From the IMG/VR virus record IMGVR_UViG_2671180612_000001, positions 47,561 through 111,560 of that record: a DNA stretch of 64,000 bases; one strand, 5' to 3'. Shown here piece after piece: positions 26,876 through 36,989 of this stretch. The stretch comes from a virus (taxonomy: Duplodnaviria; Caudoviricetes). The translations under genes and the position numbers were made by a program. How positions within the stretch are numbered: the stretch's first letter is position 1; every line of letters begins with the position of its first letter. The notes under the pieces are model-generated. The model searched no databases, was not told the DNA's origin, and saw nothing but the letters and a program-made list of their open reading frames with translations.

Positions 26876-27580
26876 ATGACGAGCATGAGCGCAGACGAAG
26901 AGGACATCACCGGCCCGGAGAACGAGGTCGAGGAGGAAGAGGAGGTCGAGACCGAGGAGTCCCGGTCTGCCGGCTCGCGCCTGTCCGAGGAAACCTGGGC
27001 CGAAATCGAGAACGCCTACGAGCTCGGCACGAAGAAGATGCCCGAGCTCTCCAAGGAGTATGGCGTCTCCCGGCAGTCCATCTCGCGCCGCTTCAAGACC
27101 CGGAATATCTCCTTCGGCACGCGCGCCCATGAGCTGCGCCAGGCGCAGGCCAACGGCGTGAAGGCTGCGGCCGCGTCCAAGGCCGGCCAGGCTGCGATCC
27201 AAGCTGCCGAGAGCTTCGCCGACCAGCGCCGCGAATGGGTCGAGGAGAGCCGGGTCGACGGCTACAAGTCGCTGCACCAGGTCCAGCTCATCGCCAAGAA
27301 GCAGGTCGCCGAGGCGATCCGCAACAACCGGCCGATGGCCTCGATCGACGACGACCTGAAGGCGGTCGCCCGCTACCAGAAGATCCTCATCGACAACGTG
27401 AACACACGCCTTGGCATCCTCAACGCCGATGCGATCGTGGACGAGGCGTCGCTGCCGGAGCTGCTCATCCGCGACATCACGGACGAGGAGATCCACGCGA
27501 TCCAGACCAACGCCGACCAGGACGACGACGACGGCGAGATCATCGACGAGGTGATCGACGCCTCGCTGCGCGACGCATGA
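26876..27580 (+). CDS. putative terminase small subunit
   Basis: HTH (LSKEYGVSRQSI); immediately upstream of terL. Confidence 0.7.
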   Translation: MTSMSADEEDITGPENEVEEEEEVETEESRSAGSRLSEETWAEIENAYELGTKKMPELSKEYGVSRQSISRRFKTRNISFGTRAHELRQAQANGVKAAAASKAGQAAIQAAESFADQRREWVEESRVDGYKSLHQVQLIAKKQVAEAIRNNRPMASIDDDLKAVARYQKILIDNVNTRLGILNADAIVDEASLPELLIRDITDEEIHAIQTNADQDDDDGEIIDEVIDASLRDA

Positions 27581-28839
27581 GCGACCTGATCGTCCATAAC
27601 GGCCAGAAGGAGGTTCTGAACCACAAGGCCCGCTACAAGGTCATCGTCGCCGGCCGGCGCTGGGGCAAGACGCTCTGCGCGCGCACCGCGCTCATGAAGG
27701 CCGCGACGCGCGCCCCGCGCCAGCGCGTCTGGTATGTCGCGCCGACCTACGGCCAGGCCCGCCAGAATATGTGGGACGTCCTGAAGGAGTCGATCCCGCG
27801 CGAGTGGATGCGCGGCGAGCCCAACGAGACCCGGATGGAGATCCGGCTGATCAACGGCTCGGTGATCTCGCTCAAGGGCGCCGACCAGCCCGATCGCCTG
27901 CGCGGCGTCGCGCTCCACTACGTCGTTCTGGACGAGGTCCAGGACATGAAGCCGGAGACCTGGGAGAAGATCCTTCAGCCGACGCTGACCTCGACGCGCG
28001 GCGGCGCGATGTTCATCGGCACGCCCAAGGCGTTCAACTGGTTCTACGACCTCTACATGAAGGGCCAGCGCGGGCCGACCTATCGCGCTGACGACGGCTC
28101 ACTGCGCCGCAACCCCTACATGAGCTGGCAATACCCGACGATGATGTCGCCCTTCATCCCGAAGAGCGAAATCCTCGAGGCGATGGAGAACACGGACGAG
28201 AAGACGTTCAACCAGGAATACAACGCCCGGTTCGAGACGATGTCGGGCCGCGTCTATCACGCCTTCGACCGCAACGAGCACGTCGGCCGCTACGAGTTCA
28301 ACCCCAAGCTCCCGATCTACATCGGCCAGGACTTCAACATCGACCCGATGTCGTCGGTGATCATGCAGATCCAGCCGAACGGCGAGATCTGGTGCGTGGA
28401 CGAGGCGATCCTCTTCGGCTCGAACACCCAGGAGGTCGCGGACGAGATCTCGAGGCGCTACCACCGGCAGATGAAGCAGATCAGCTTCTACCCCGATCCG
28501 GCCGGCGCCAACCGCACGCAGGCGCGCGGCGAGTCCGATCTCGACATCCTGCGCGAGGCGGGCTTCCGACGCATCCTCTACAAGAAGAAGCACCCCGCGG
28601 TCGCCGACCGCATCAACTCGGTGAACCGTCTCCTGCGCTCGGCCGACGGCCAGGTGCGTTTTCGCGTGGATCAGCGCTGCCGGCACCTCATCAAGGGCCT
28701 CGAGCAGACGATCTACAAGGAGGGCTCGCGCGAGGTCGACAAGACCATGGGCGTCGAACACCCGTGCGACGCGCTCGGCTATTTCACGGACTTCGAGTTC
28801 CCGGTGCGCAAGGTCCAGATCCTCGGTCTGTCGATTTGA
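27577..28839 (+). CDS. terL: terminase large subunit
   Basis: AGRRWGKT, VLDE, IGTPK, QEY, GQDFN, HPCDALGY. Confidence 0.95.
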   Translation: MSDLIVHNGQKEVLNHKARYKVIVAGRRWGKTLCARTALMKAATRAPRQRVWYVAPTYGQARQNMWDVLKESIPREWMRGEPNETRMEIRLINGSVISLKGADQPDRLRGVALHYVVLDEVQDMKPETWEKILQPTLTSTRGGAMFIGTPKAFNWFYDLYMKGQRGPTYRADDGSLRRNPYMSWQYPTMMSPFIPKSEILEAMENTDEKTFNQEYNARFETMSGRVYHAFDRNEHVGRYEFNPKLPIYIGQDFNIDPMSSVIMQIQPNGEIWCVDEAILFGSNTQEVADEISRRYHRQMKQISFYPDPAGANRTQARGESDLDILREAGFRRILYKKKHPAVADRINSVNRLLRSADGQVRFRVDQRCRHLIKGLEQTIYKEGSREVDKTMGVEHPCDALGYFTDFEFPVRKVQILGLSI

Positions 28840-28887
28840 GGTTGCAGATAAGTAATCGGTTACTTATCATGCGGGGATGAACACGGA

Positions 28888-30450
28888 ATGGGTCAAAGCA
28901 TGAGCGGAACATCAAATCAGGACGTGCTGACGGCTTTCATTGCACGTCGCCATCCCGATTACGCCGTGATGCTTCCCCATTGGGAGTTCCTCCAGGCAAC
29001 CTACCGCGGTGGCCGGGCCTGGTTCACCGAGAACATCTTCAAGTTCTTCAAGGAGGGCACGGACGAGTTCCGTGACCGCCTCAACCGCGCATATCGCTTC
29101 AACCACACGCGCGAGACCGTCGATCTCGTCACCAAGTATCTCTTCAAGGCCAAGGTCGAGCGCAACGACAACAGCGCCACCGAGGCCGTGAAGCGCTTCT
29201 GGAAGCGCTCGACCAAGTCGGGCATGACGATCGACCAGTTCGCCAAGCACCTCGCCATGTCGACGTCGGTGTTCGGCCAGGTCGGCGTCGTCGTGGACTC
29301 CAAGCCTGTCGACGGCGCGGTCTCGGTCGCCGACGAGAAGAAGGCGCCGAACCCCATCTACGCCTACATCGTGAAGCCGATGGACATCCTCGACTTCGCG
29401 CTTGAGGACGACACCGACGGCAAGCTCCTGTGGATCCTCATCCGCGAGTGGGTGCGCGACGACGAAGACCCGCTGCTCGGCACGGGCCAGCTCAAGCCTC
29501 GCTTCCGCCTGTGGCGCCCGCACGAGTGGGTGCTCTACGAGGAGGTCGACGCCGGCCGGCGCGGCAAGGTCGTGCGCGAGATCTCCCGCGGCGACAACCC
29601 GATCGGCGAGATCCCTGTCGTCTTCGCGCGCCACACGATCGGCGAGAGCCACTATTCGGCGCCCGCCCTTATCGACGACACGGCCTATCTCGATCGCGCG
29701 GTCGCCAACTACCTGTCGAACCTCGACGCGATCATCCAGGACCAGACCTTCTCCCAGCTCGTCATGCCGGCGCAGGGCATCCTGCCGGGCGACGACAAAT
29801 ACAAGCAGCTCGTCGAGGCGGGCACCAAGCGCATGTTCACCTACGACGGCAGTCAGGGTGGGGCAGGGCCGGAATACATTTCGCCCGACGCCGCGCAGGC
29901 GCACGTCATCATCGCGGTCGTCGAGAAGATCATCAACGAGATCTACCACACGATCGGCCTGGCTGGTGAGCGCACCAAGCAGGACAACGCCATGGGCATC
30001 GACAACTCGTCGGGCGTCGCCAAGGCATACGATTTCGAGCGCGTGAACTCGCTGCTCAACGCGAAGGGCGAGGCCCTGGAGAACGCCGAGAACGAGATCG
30101 TGCGTCTCGTCTCGCTCTACGCCAGCGAGCCTGTGCCGGCCGACCGTCTCGTGAACTACCCCGAGACCTTCGACGTCGCGACCCTCACCAACGAGCTCGA
30201 TACCGCCGAGCGTCTCGCCAAGATCCAGGCGCCCAAGGAGCTGCGCCGCGAGCACGCCAAGCGGATCGTCGAGAAGCTGTTCCCGACGCTGAAGGAGGAT
30301 CTGAAGAAGACCGTCCTCGAGGGTGTCGGCAAGTGGCTCGAGGCCGAGCCCTCCCAGCCTGGCGCACCAGGCGCACCGAAATCTCCCGCTCTCCGGCCGA
30401 CCAACACGAACCCGCGTCAGGGTCAGGTCACGCCGCAGACCGGGACATAA
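28888..30450 (+). CDS. portal protein
   Basis: Position after terL, about 520 aa, SGVAK motif. Confidence 0.85.
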   Translation: MGQSMSGTSNQDVLTAFIARRHPDYAVMLPHWEFLQATYRGGRAWFTENIFKFFKEGTDEFRDRLNRAYRFNHTRETVDLVTKYLFKAKVERNDNSATEAVKRFWKRSTKSGMTIDQFAKHLAMSTSVFGQVGVVVDSKPVDGAVSVADEKKAPNPIYAYIVKPMDILDFALEDDTDGKLLWILIREWVRDDEDPLLGTGQLKPRFRLWRPHEWVLYEEVDAGRRGKVVREISRGDNPIGEIPVVFARHTIGESHYSAPALIDDTAYLDRAVANYLSNLDAIIQDQTFSQLVMPAQGILPGDDKYKQLVEAGTKRMFTYDGSQGGAGPEYISPDAAQAHVIIAVVEKIINEIYHTIGLAGERTKQDNAMGIDNSSGVAKAYDFERVNSLLNAKGEALENAENEIVRLVSLYASEPVPADRLVNYPETFDVATLTNELDTAERLAKIQAPKELRREHAKRIVEKLFPTLKEDLKKTVLEGVGKWLEAEPSQPGAPGAPKSPALRPTNTNPRQGQVTPQTGT

Positions 30451-30513
30451 GCCGAGCCGAGTGACTGGCTCACGCAACACGAAGGCCGAGAGACTGGCCG
30501 AAAGGAAGACCAC

Positions 30514-31461
30514 ATGACCGAACTTCTGAACCGCCTGACCAAGACGTCCGGCTCGATCGCATCCATCGCTTCCTTCGGGACGGGCTTCGGCCTTCGCTTC
30601 CCGCAGATCGCGTTCGCTCCGGAAGGTGGGGCGGGCTCGGGCGGCGGCTCGGATGAGGGCGAGGCTGACGAGGGCGACGACGAGGACGAAGACGACGCCG
30701 GCAACGAAGGCGGCTCGGACGAGGGACAGTCCGACGACGACGACGCTGGCAACGAGGGCACTGACAAGAAGCCGACGGATCGTGAGGCCAAGCTCCTGAA
30801 GGAGTCGCTGTCGCGCAAGAAGGCGCTCAAGGATGCCCAGAAGGCGCTCGCCACCGCGAACGCAGCCCTGAAGGCGTTCGAGGGGATCGACCCCGCGAAG
30901 GTCCGCAAGCTGATGAAGGACCAGCAGACGGCGGAAGCCAATGCTGCCGAGGCGCGTGGCGAATACGAGGAGTCCAAGCGCATCCTCCAGGAAGCGCACA
31001 CCGAGGAGCTGAACGCCAAGGACGTGCTGCTCGCCGAGAGCAACACGACGATCAAGGGTCTCCAGGACCGGATCAACGAGCTGACGATCGGCGCCAAGTT
31101 CACGAGCTCCAAGTTCGTGAGCGAGGAGCTGGTGCTGACGCCGACCAAGGCGCGCCAGGTCTACGGTGCGAACTTCGAGATCGCCGAGGACGGCACGCTG
31201 ACGGCCTACGACCGGCCGGCCAGCCAGGAGGGACGCAAGAAGCTCCTGAACAAGAAGAGCGGCGAGCCGGCGACGTTCGACGACGCCATGCGCCAGCTCA
31301 TCGACGCCGACTCGGATCGCGATCATCTCCTGCGCTCCAAGACCAAGGGTGGTGCCGGCTCCGGCACCAAGGAAAACGGCGGCAAGACCCCGGCGAAGGC
31401 ACCCGACACGTTCGGTCTGTCCCGCATCGAGGCCGCGCTTGCCGCTTCGCGGAAGAAGTAA
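30514..31461 (+). CDS. capsid scaffolding protein
   Basis: Acidic N-terminus, coiled coil, GGAGSG; between portal and capsid genes. Confidence 0.7.
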   Translation: MTELLNRLTKTSGSIASIASFGTGFGLRFPQIAFAPEGGAGSGGGSDEGEADEGDDEDEDDAGNEGGSDEGQSDDDDAGNEGTDKKPTDREAKLLKESLSRKKALKDAQKALATANAALKAFEGIDPAKVRKLMKDQQTAEANAAEARGEYEESKRILQEAHTEELNAKDVLLAESNTTIKGLQDRINELTIGAKFTSSKFVSEELVLTPTKARQVYGANFEIAEDGTLTAYDRPASQEGRKKLLNKKSGEPATFDDAMRQLIDADSDRDHLLRSKTKGGAGSGTKENGGKTPAKAPDTFGLSRIEAALAASRKK

Positions 31462-31567
31462 GTAAGCGATTACTCACTTTTTCCTTTGTTGATCGCCGCC
31501 TGCGGGTTATACTGCCCAACAGATTTTCGCAGTCCCGCAGGCGGGCACAGAAAGGAAGAAATCGACC

Positions 31568-32467
31568 ATGCCTCTTCTCGTTGAAGAAGCCGAAAAGCTC
31601 TCCGAGATCGACCTCGTCCGCGGCGTCATCGAAGAGATCATCCACAAGGACGAGCTGTTCGCTCTCCTCCCCTGGGTTCGCACCGAGGGCAAGTCCTACG
31701 ACTACGTCCGCGAGCTGACCATCTCCGAGGGCGAGTTCCTGTCGGCCTACGAGGACGTGCCCGAGGGCGCTGCCACGTTCGACGAGGTCTCGACCAAGTG
31801 CAAGGTGCTGGCAGGCCAGATCCTGCTCGACAACTTCACGACCGAGTCCATGTCGGACCTCAACCCGCAGCTCGGCATCCAGATCCGCTCGAAGGCCAAG
31901 GGCCTGGGCATCAAGTTCCGGCGCACGCTCGTCAACGGCGACTCCAGCCAGAACAAGAAGTCCTTCGACGGCATCAAGACGCTGACGCCGGCCGGTCAGA
32001 CGCTCGTCGCGGGCGCCAACGGTGGTGCGGTTTCGCTCGAGGCTCTCGACGAGCTGAAGGACGCGGTCCTGCTCGGCGCTGACGCCTTCATGATGCGCGA
32101 GGGCACCTGGCGCGGCCTGAAGTCGATCCTGCGCACCTTCGGCGGCAACACCGCGCCGATGATGATGATCGAGAACTTCGGCATGGTGCCGGCGATCGAC
32201 GGTATGCCCGTCATCATCAACGACTTCATCCGCGCGGACGAGGTCCAGGGCACCAACGACAAGACGACCTCGATCTACGCGCTGCGTCTGAACGAGGCCG
32301 ACGGCTTCCACGGCCTCTGGGCCGGCGCGCAGGCGGGTATCCGCTACGAGCATCTCGGCACCTCGCACGTCAAGGACGCCGACCTGCACCGCCTCAAGTG
32401 GTATTGCGGCACGGCCCTCAAGGCCACGCACGCTCTGGCCCGTCTCAAGGGCGTCACCAACATTTAA
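31568..32467 (+). CDS. major capsid protein
   Basis: LVNGD...FDGI, RLKWYCG, LARLKGV; position and strong RBS. Confidence 0.85.
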   Translation: MPLLVEEAEKLSEIDLVRGVIEEIIHKDELFALLPWVRTEGKSYDYVRELTISEGEFLSAYEDVPEGAATFDEVSTKCKVLAGQILLDNFTTESMSDLNPQLGIQIRSKAKGLGIKFRRTLVNGDSSQNKKSFDGIKTLTPAGQTLVAGANGGAVSLEALDELKDAVLLGADAFMMREGTWRGLKSILRTFGGNTAPMMMIENFGMVPAIDGMPVIINDFIRADEVQGTNDKTTSIYALRLNEADGFHGLWAGAQAGIRYEHLGTSHVKDADLHRLKWYCGTALKATHALARLKGVTNI

Positions 32468-32499
32468 GCTTGGTGATAAGTAACGACTTACTTTAGAAT

Positions 32500-32530
32500 G
32501 GGGCAGGGCAATCCTGCCCCTTTCTGTTTG
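32500..32530 (+). terminator. intrinsic terminator after capsid gene
   Basis: GGGGCAGG-gcaat-CCTGCCCC followed by T-rich tract. Confidence 0.65.
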
Positions 32531-32538
32531 AGAAGGTC

Positions 32539-32799
32539 ATGAGCCGCATTATCGAGATCTACGGCCGCAGCAATTGCGGCTTCTGCGCACGAGCCAAGGA
32601 GCTCGTCGCATCGGAGGGCCTGGCCTTCCGCTACCATGACGTCGCCGACCCCGCCTTGAAGGCCGAGATGGACCGGCGCGCGCCAGGCGCCCGAACCGTG
32701 CCGCAGATCTTCGCGGCCGGCGAATACATCGGCGGGTTCGATGATCTCGAAGTCCTGCACCTGACCGGCACCCTCCCGATCACCGACAAGGAAATCTGA
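32539..32799 (+). CDS. grxC: glutaredoxin 3-like protein
   Basis: CGFC, TVPQIF, IGGFDDL. Confidence 0.85.
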   Translation: MSRIIEIYGRSNCGFCARAKELVASEGLAFRYHDVADPALKAEMDRRAPGARTVPQIFAAGEYIGGFDDLEVLHLTGTLPITDKEI

Positions 32800-32801
32800 T
32801 C

Positions 32802-33626
32802 ATGAAGCCTATGCTTCTGCGCCTGAAGAGCGGCGCTTTCACCGGCTACAACGGCCATCTCGGCAACGCCTTCTTCCAGGACGGGACGTCCGTGGACGTC
32901 GTGGCGCCGGCCGTCGCCAACCAGATCGCCGGCATCATGGAAGCCGTGCATGTGGACGAGGACGGCGTCGAGCACCCGGCCGGCCGTCAGCACCAGGTCA
33001 TCAACGGCGTCGCGATCCGCGTGGCCGAGACCGCACCGCTCGCACGCCAGACCGACGCCGAACGCGAAGCCGAAGAGCGCGCCGAGCGCCTGCGCACGGC
33101 CAAGGCCGATAGCGTCACGCTGCGCACCAAGGACGAGCTCGACGCCCTCGCCGACAAGGGCGGCATCAAGGCCGTGCGCGTCGTCGCCGAGGAGTGGGGT
33201 CTCAAGGGACGGTCGATCCCTGCCCTGATCGAGTCCATCCTCACCGCGCAGGCCGAGTTCGTCGAGGCGCGCAACGCTTCCGGCGCGACGCAGATCGAGG
33301 CCCCGGTCGATCCGGTCAAGCCGGAAGGCGAGGGCGCCGAGGAGACGTCGGTGGATGACGACGACCTCGCGGCCAAGATCGCGGCGGCAGCGGCCCGCGG
33401 CATCGCCGACGCCATCAACGCCGAGACGGCCGACACCGACGAGACCGGCACGGGCGGCGAGGGCGGCACCGAGGCCACCGGCGAGGGCCAGGAAGGCACG
33501 CAGGAGAGCGAGGACGCTTCGGGCGAGGGCGAGAGCACCGACGAGACCGAAGACGCTCCCACGGGCTCTGGTGAGGGCGAGGGCACCGGCGAAGGTCAGG
33601 GCGAGAGCGACGAGGGTCGCGAGTAA
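32802..33626 (+). CDS. hypothetical head-region protein with acidic low-complexity tail
   Basis: Position; E/G/T-rich C-terminus. Confidence 0.7.
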   Translation: MKPMLLRLKSGAFTGYNGHLGNAFFQDGTSVDVVAPAVANQIAGIMEAVHVDEDGVEHPAGRQHQVINGVAIRVAETAPLARQTDAEREAEERAERLRTAKADSVTLRTKDELDALADKGGIKAVRVVAEEWGLKGRSIPALIESILTAQAEFVEARNASGATQIEAPVDPVKPEGEGAEETSVDDDDLAAKIAAAAARGIADAINAETADTDETGTGGEGGTEATGEGQEGTQESEDASGEGESTDETEDAPTGSGEGEGTGEGQGESDEGRE

Positions 33627-33629
33627 CCC

Positions 33630-34427
33630 ATGCAGATCTTCCCCGAGAACTACGTCGTCACCTACGACGTCCCGCTGCACGACCTGAACGACAAGCCCGT
33701 CGAGGTGACGGGTGCGAGCGTCTCTGTCACCGACGAGCGTCGCCGGCCGCTGGGCGCGATCGACGCGGTTCTCGGGGAGACGCTGCGCGTCGTGGTGCCG
33801 GCCGAGCTGAACGCGCTCCAGGCGGGCACGAGTGGAATGGAAGGCCGTGTCGTCACGGTCGTCCTTCACACGCCGGGCGGCGACATCACGCGCCAGCTCG
33901 TCTACGCCGTCCAGGGCACGGACTCGCTCGCCGTCCCGAACAACTCCTTCCAGACGATCCACGAGGCGCGCATCAAGGCGTTCGACCTGCCGGGCCTCAA
34001 GATGGTTCACGGCGCGTCCGATCGCGACCTGCGCGCCGCGCTGATCGAAGCCTACGCGCGCCTGACGCGCATCTCCCTCAAGATCATCGACAGCTACGAC
34101 CGCGAGACGCTGATCCTACCCGAGGTCAACTACCGGACCCGCTTCACCTACATCGACCAGCAGCACTGGCACGAGATGGATGTCGCGACCTTCGACGACT
34201 TCCCGGCCTACTTCACGGATCGGCTGAAGCGCGCGCAGATCATCGAGGCCGACGAGATCCTGACCGGCGACATCATCGGCGACAAGCGCCGGGCCGGCGT
34301 CCTGTCGGAGTCGATCGGCGAGAGCTCGATGATGTTCCGCAACGGCGTTCTCGACATGGGCGTCACGCGCGCAGCGCTCGAGGCGCTGACCGGGCTCGTC
34401 CACTACCAGTTCCGGATCACCCGCTGA
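33630..34427 (+). CDS. putative head-tail adaptor
   Basis: Position; SESIGESS motif. Confidence 0.6.
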   Translation: MQIFPENYVVTYDVPLHDLNDKPVEVTGASVSVTDERRRPLGAIDAVLGETLRVVVPAELNALQAGTSGMEGRVVTVVLHTPGGDITRQLVYAVQGTDSLAVPNNSFQTIHEARIKAFDLPGLKMVHGASDRDLRAALIEAYARLTRISLKIIDSYDRETLILPEVNYRTRFTYIDQQHWHEMDVATFDDFPAYFTDRLKRAQIIEADEILTGDIIGDKRRAGVLSESIGESSMMFRNGVLDMGVTRAALEALTGLVHYQFRITR

Positions 34428-34783
34428 TGTTCATCCCGAACCGCAACGGCTCGCTGGCACGCTCGACCGGCTACGACTTCCACGCCCAGCCGTCGTTCGG
34501 TCGGGATGAGGACGTGCGCTACGCCTCGATCCACATCAACCAGATCCTCTCCTCGACAACCGTGCGCGCGGACTCCTCCGCGTCGCGCGGAGCCGCTGAC
34601 GAGATCGTCGCCAAGGCGACGGTGCTCTTCCCGGCCAAGGTCGAGCCGAACGTCAACGATCGCTTCCGCGACCGCGACTTCCCGCAGCTCTTCCGCGTCA
34701 CCAAGGTCGAGCCCCGCTACAACGTCGCCGGTCAGATCGACCATTGGCAGTGCGACCTCGAGCCCTTCGAGGTCGAGGCATGA
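34427..34783 (+). CDS. putative head closure protein
   Basis: Position, size, beta-rich. Confidence 0.55.
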   Translation: MFIPNRNGSLARSTGYDFHAQPSFGRDEDVRYASIHINQILSSTTVRADSSASRGAADEIVAKATVLFPAKVEPNVNDRFRDRDFPQLFRVTKVEPRYNVAGQIDHWQCDLEPFEVEA

Positions 34784-35223
34784 TCGGGTCGCGGGTGAGG
34801 GGAGCCGAGGCGCTCGCCGTGGAGCTGCGCCAGATCGCCGAGCGCGTGGCCGACACCTCGCGCAAGCAGCTCCGGCGCGGCGCCGACGAGATCGTCAAGG
34901 AAGCGCGCCTCAACGCGCCGGTCGACGAGGGCAACCTCGAGGAGTCGATCCGCATCGAGCGCGAATACGAGCCCGGCCGCGGGCGCCTCAAGATCGATGT
35001 CGTCGCGGGCGGCGAGGTCAACGGCGTGAACGTCGAGCAATACGCCCTCTACGTCCACGAGAACTACTCCTCGATGCAGCCGGGTCCGAAGACGCTCGCC
35101 AAGCAGCAGGCCAATCCCTCGCGCATCGTCGGGGAGAAGTTCCTCGAGCGTGCGGCCGAGGCCGAGTTTCAACGCCGCTTTCGCGCTCGCATGATCGCGG
35201 CCATCATGAGGGAAGTCCCGTGA
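34780..35223 (+). CDS. HK97 gp10-like tail completion/neck protein
   Basis: APVDEGNLEESI, YALYVHE, KFLERA. Confidence 0.8.
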   Translation: MIGSRVRGAEALAVELRQIAERVADTSRKQLRRGADEIVKEARLNAPVDEGNLEESIRIEREYEPGRGRLKIDVVAGGEVNGVNVEQYALYVHENYSSMQPGPKTLAKQQANPSRIVGEKFLERAAEAEFQRRFRARMIAAIMREVP

Positions 35224-35621
35224 TCTTCGACATCCTGCGCGACAAGCTCGTCGCGGCCGAGCTGGGCATTCCCGGCAAGACGCTGTTCCTCAACGCCATG
35301 CCGGGCGACGTCGCGATCGGCATCATGCTCAAGAGCCCGATCCAGGGCATCCGCATCGACCACGAGCTGCCCGGCTACTACGACCCGAGCCTTCAGGTGA
35401 TCGTGCGTCACGGCGATCCTGTGAAGGGCGCGGCGCTCGCCGACCAGGTGCAGCGCTGCCTGACGGTCGATAAGCGCGAGCGTCACGATGCAACGGCCGA
35501 GCGGGGCGCCGTCCAGATCAACCAGTTCCTCCCCGCCCACACGCCCATCCAGTTCCCGCGGATGAACGGTGGCGGGATCGAATGGTCGCTGAACTTCCGA
35601 ACGAGCTTCGCGATCGCCTGA
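35220..35621 (+). CDS. putative tail terminator
   Basis: GTG start; LQVIVR, WSLNF; precedes tail tube gene. Confidence 0.65.
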   Translation: MIFDILRDKLVAAELGIPGKTLFLNAMPGDVAIGIMLKSPIQGIRIDHELPGYYDPSLQVIVRHGDPVKGAALADQVQRCLTVDKRERHDATAERGAVQINQFLPAHTPIQFPRMNGGGIEWSLNFRTSFAIA

Positions 35622-35696
35622 AACACCTTGCCACGCCGCGTTACGGCGCGGTATGATAAGTAAACGCTTACTCATTCTGCCAACGAGAGGAAATCC

Positions 35697-36224
35697 ATGG
35701 CATCCGATACCCAGAACGTGAAGCTCGGCGTGTGCCGGCTTTTCTTCGACGACAAGGATCTCGGCTTCACCAAGGGCGGCGTCGAAGCCGCGGTGGAGAC
35801 GTCGACCCAGGAAATCACCGTCGACCAGCTCGGTAACTCGCCGATCGGCGAGCGCATCACGGGCCGCACCTGCACCGTGACCGCGCCGCTGGCCGAGACC
35901 ACGCTCGAGAACCTCGTCGCGATCATGCCGGGCGCCCAGCTCGTCACCGACAGCCAGGATCCGACCAAGAAGAAGGTCGTCGTCCCGGCCGGCGTCGGCA
36001 TCGACCTCCTCGAGATCGCCAAGAAGCTCCGGCTGCACCCGAAGGAGAACGCGGACGACGACACGTCCGAGGACTTCATCGTGCCGCGCGCGGCGACCGC
36101 GGGCGCTGCGACCTTCGCCTACAAGCTCGACGAGCAGCGCGTCTTCAACGTGGTCTTCAAGGCGTATCCGGACGCCGAGACCGAGACGCTCTTCGTCGTC
36201 GGCGACGAAACCGCCAAGGCGTAA
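35697..36224 (+). CDS. major tail tube protein
   Basis: LGFTKGGVE, PLAETT; position. Confidence 0.85.
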   Translation: MASDTQNVKLGVCRLFFDDKDLGFTKGGVEAAVETSTQEITVDQLGNSPIGERITGRTCTVTAPLAETTLENLVAIMPGAQLVTDSQDPTKKKVVVPAGVGIDLLEIAKKLRLHPKENADDDTSEDFIVPRAATAGAATFAYKLDEQRVFNVVFKAYPDAETETLFVVGDETAKA

Positions 36225-36297
36225 TCCTTCCAACCAAAGAAATAAGTAAGCCCCTACTCACGGAGTAGGGGCCTCTGCTTCCCAGGAGACCACCCGC

Positions 36298-36669
36298 ATG
36301 TCCGATACCAATGTGAAGTTCCTCGACCTCGACGAAGTCGCCCCGAAGGTCGGGTTCGCGATCAAGCTCAAGGGCCAGCGCTACGACGGCAAGGAAGCCA
36401 CCGTCGAGGACTTCATCAACAACACGCTCGACATCCAGGCGCTCGGCACGAAGACGACCGCGAAGGAAGAGTTCGACATCACCGTCAAGATGCTGATGCG
36501 CGCATTCCCCGGCCTGCCCGAGACCGACATTCGCAACCTGACGCTCTCCCAGATCCAGGCGTTCGTGCAGTTCGCGCAGCAGAACAACGGCCAGGACGAG
36601 GTCACGAAGAGCGCCGGCGACGACGCCAAGGCCGAGGCCGCGTCCGAGGGAAACGCTCCGGGGGCCTGA
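36298..36669 (+). CDS. tail assembly chaperone (G)
   Basis: Between tail tube and tape measure genes; slippery site near its end. Confidence 0.75.
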   Translation: MSDTNVKFLDLDEVAPKVGFAIKLKGQRYDGKEATVEDFINNTLDIQALGTKTTAKEEFDITVKMLMRAFPGLPETDIRNLTLSQIQAFVQFAQQNNGQDEVTKSAGDDAKAEAASEGNAPGA

Positions 36670-36989
36670 AGGCCCTCGACTTCGGCTTCCTCTTCACCCG
36701 CGTCCACCGCTTTTACGGCTACGCGAACCGCAACGCTCTCCTTGGGGAGTCGGCTCGATACTTTTGGCATCTCCACAAGAGCATCGACCGCATCCTCGCC
36801 GAAGACAGCCTTCGCCAGATCAACGCGATCGCTTCGGCCACCTCTGAAAAGGGGTTCGAGAGCTTCACCAACGCCATGACCAAGCAGATCGGCACGGTCG
36901 CCGAGTTCGATGCTGCCGAGGTCGCACAGGAGGAAAAACTTGATCGAGCGGGCCTCGCGGCCCTGAAAGGCAAAGGCAGACTGAAATGA
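36648..36989 (+). CDS. -1 frameshift extension (T) of the tail assembly chaperone
   Basis: G GGA AAC at 36648-36654; -1 frame open (GKRSGGLKALDFGFLFTRV...) to TGA 36987-36989. Confidence 0.75.
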   Translation, partial: GKRSGGLKALDFGFLFTRVHRFYGYANRNALLGESARYFWHLHKSIDRILAEDSLRQINAIASATSEKGFESFTNAMTKQIGTVAEFDAAEVAQEEKLDRAGLAALKGKGRLK

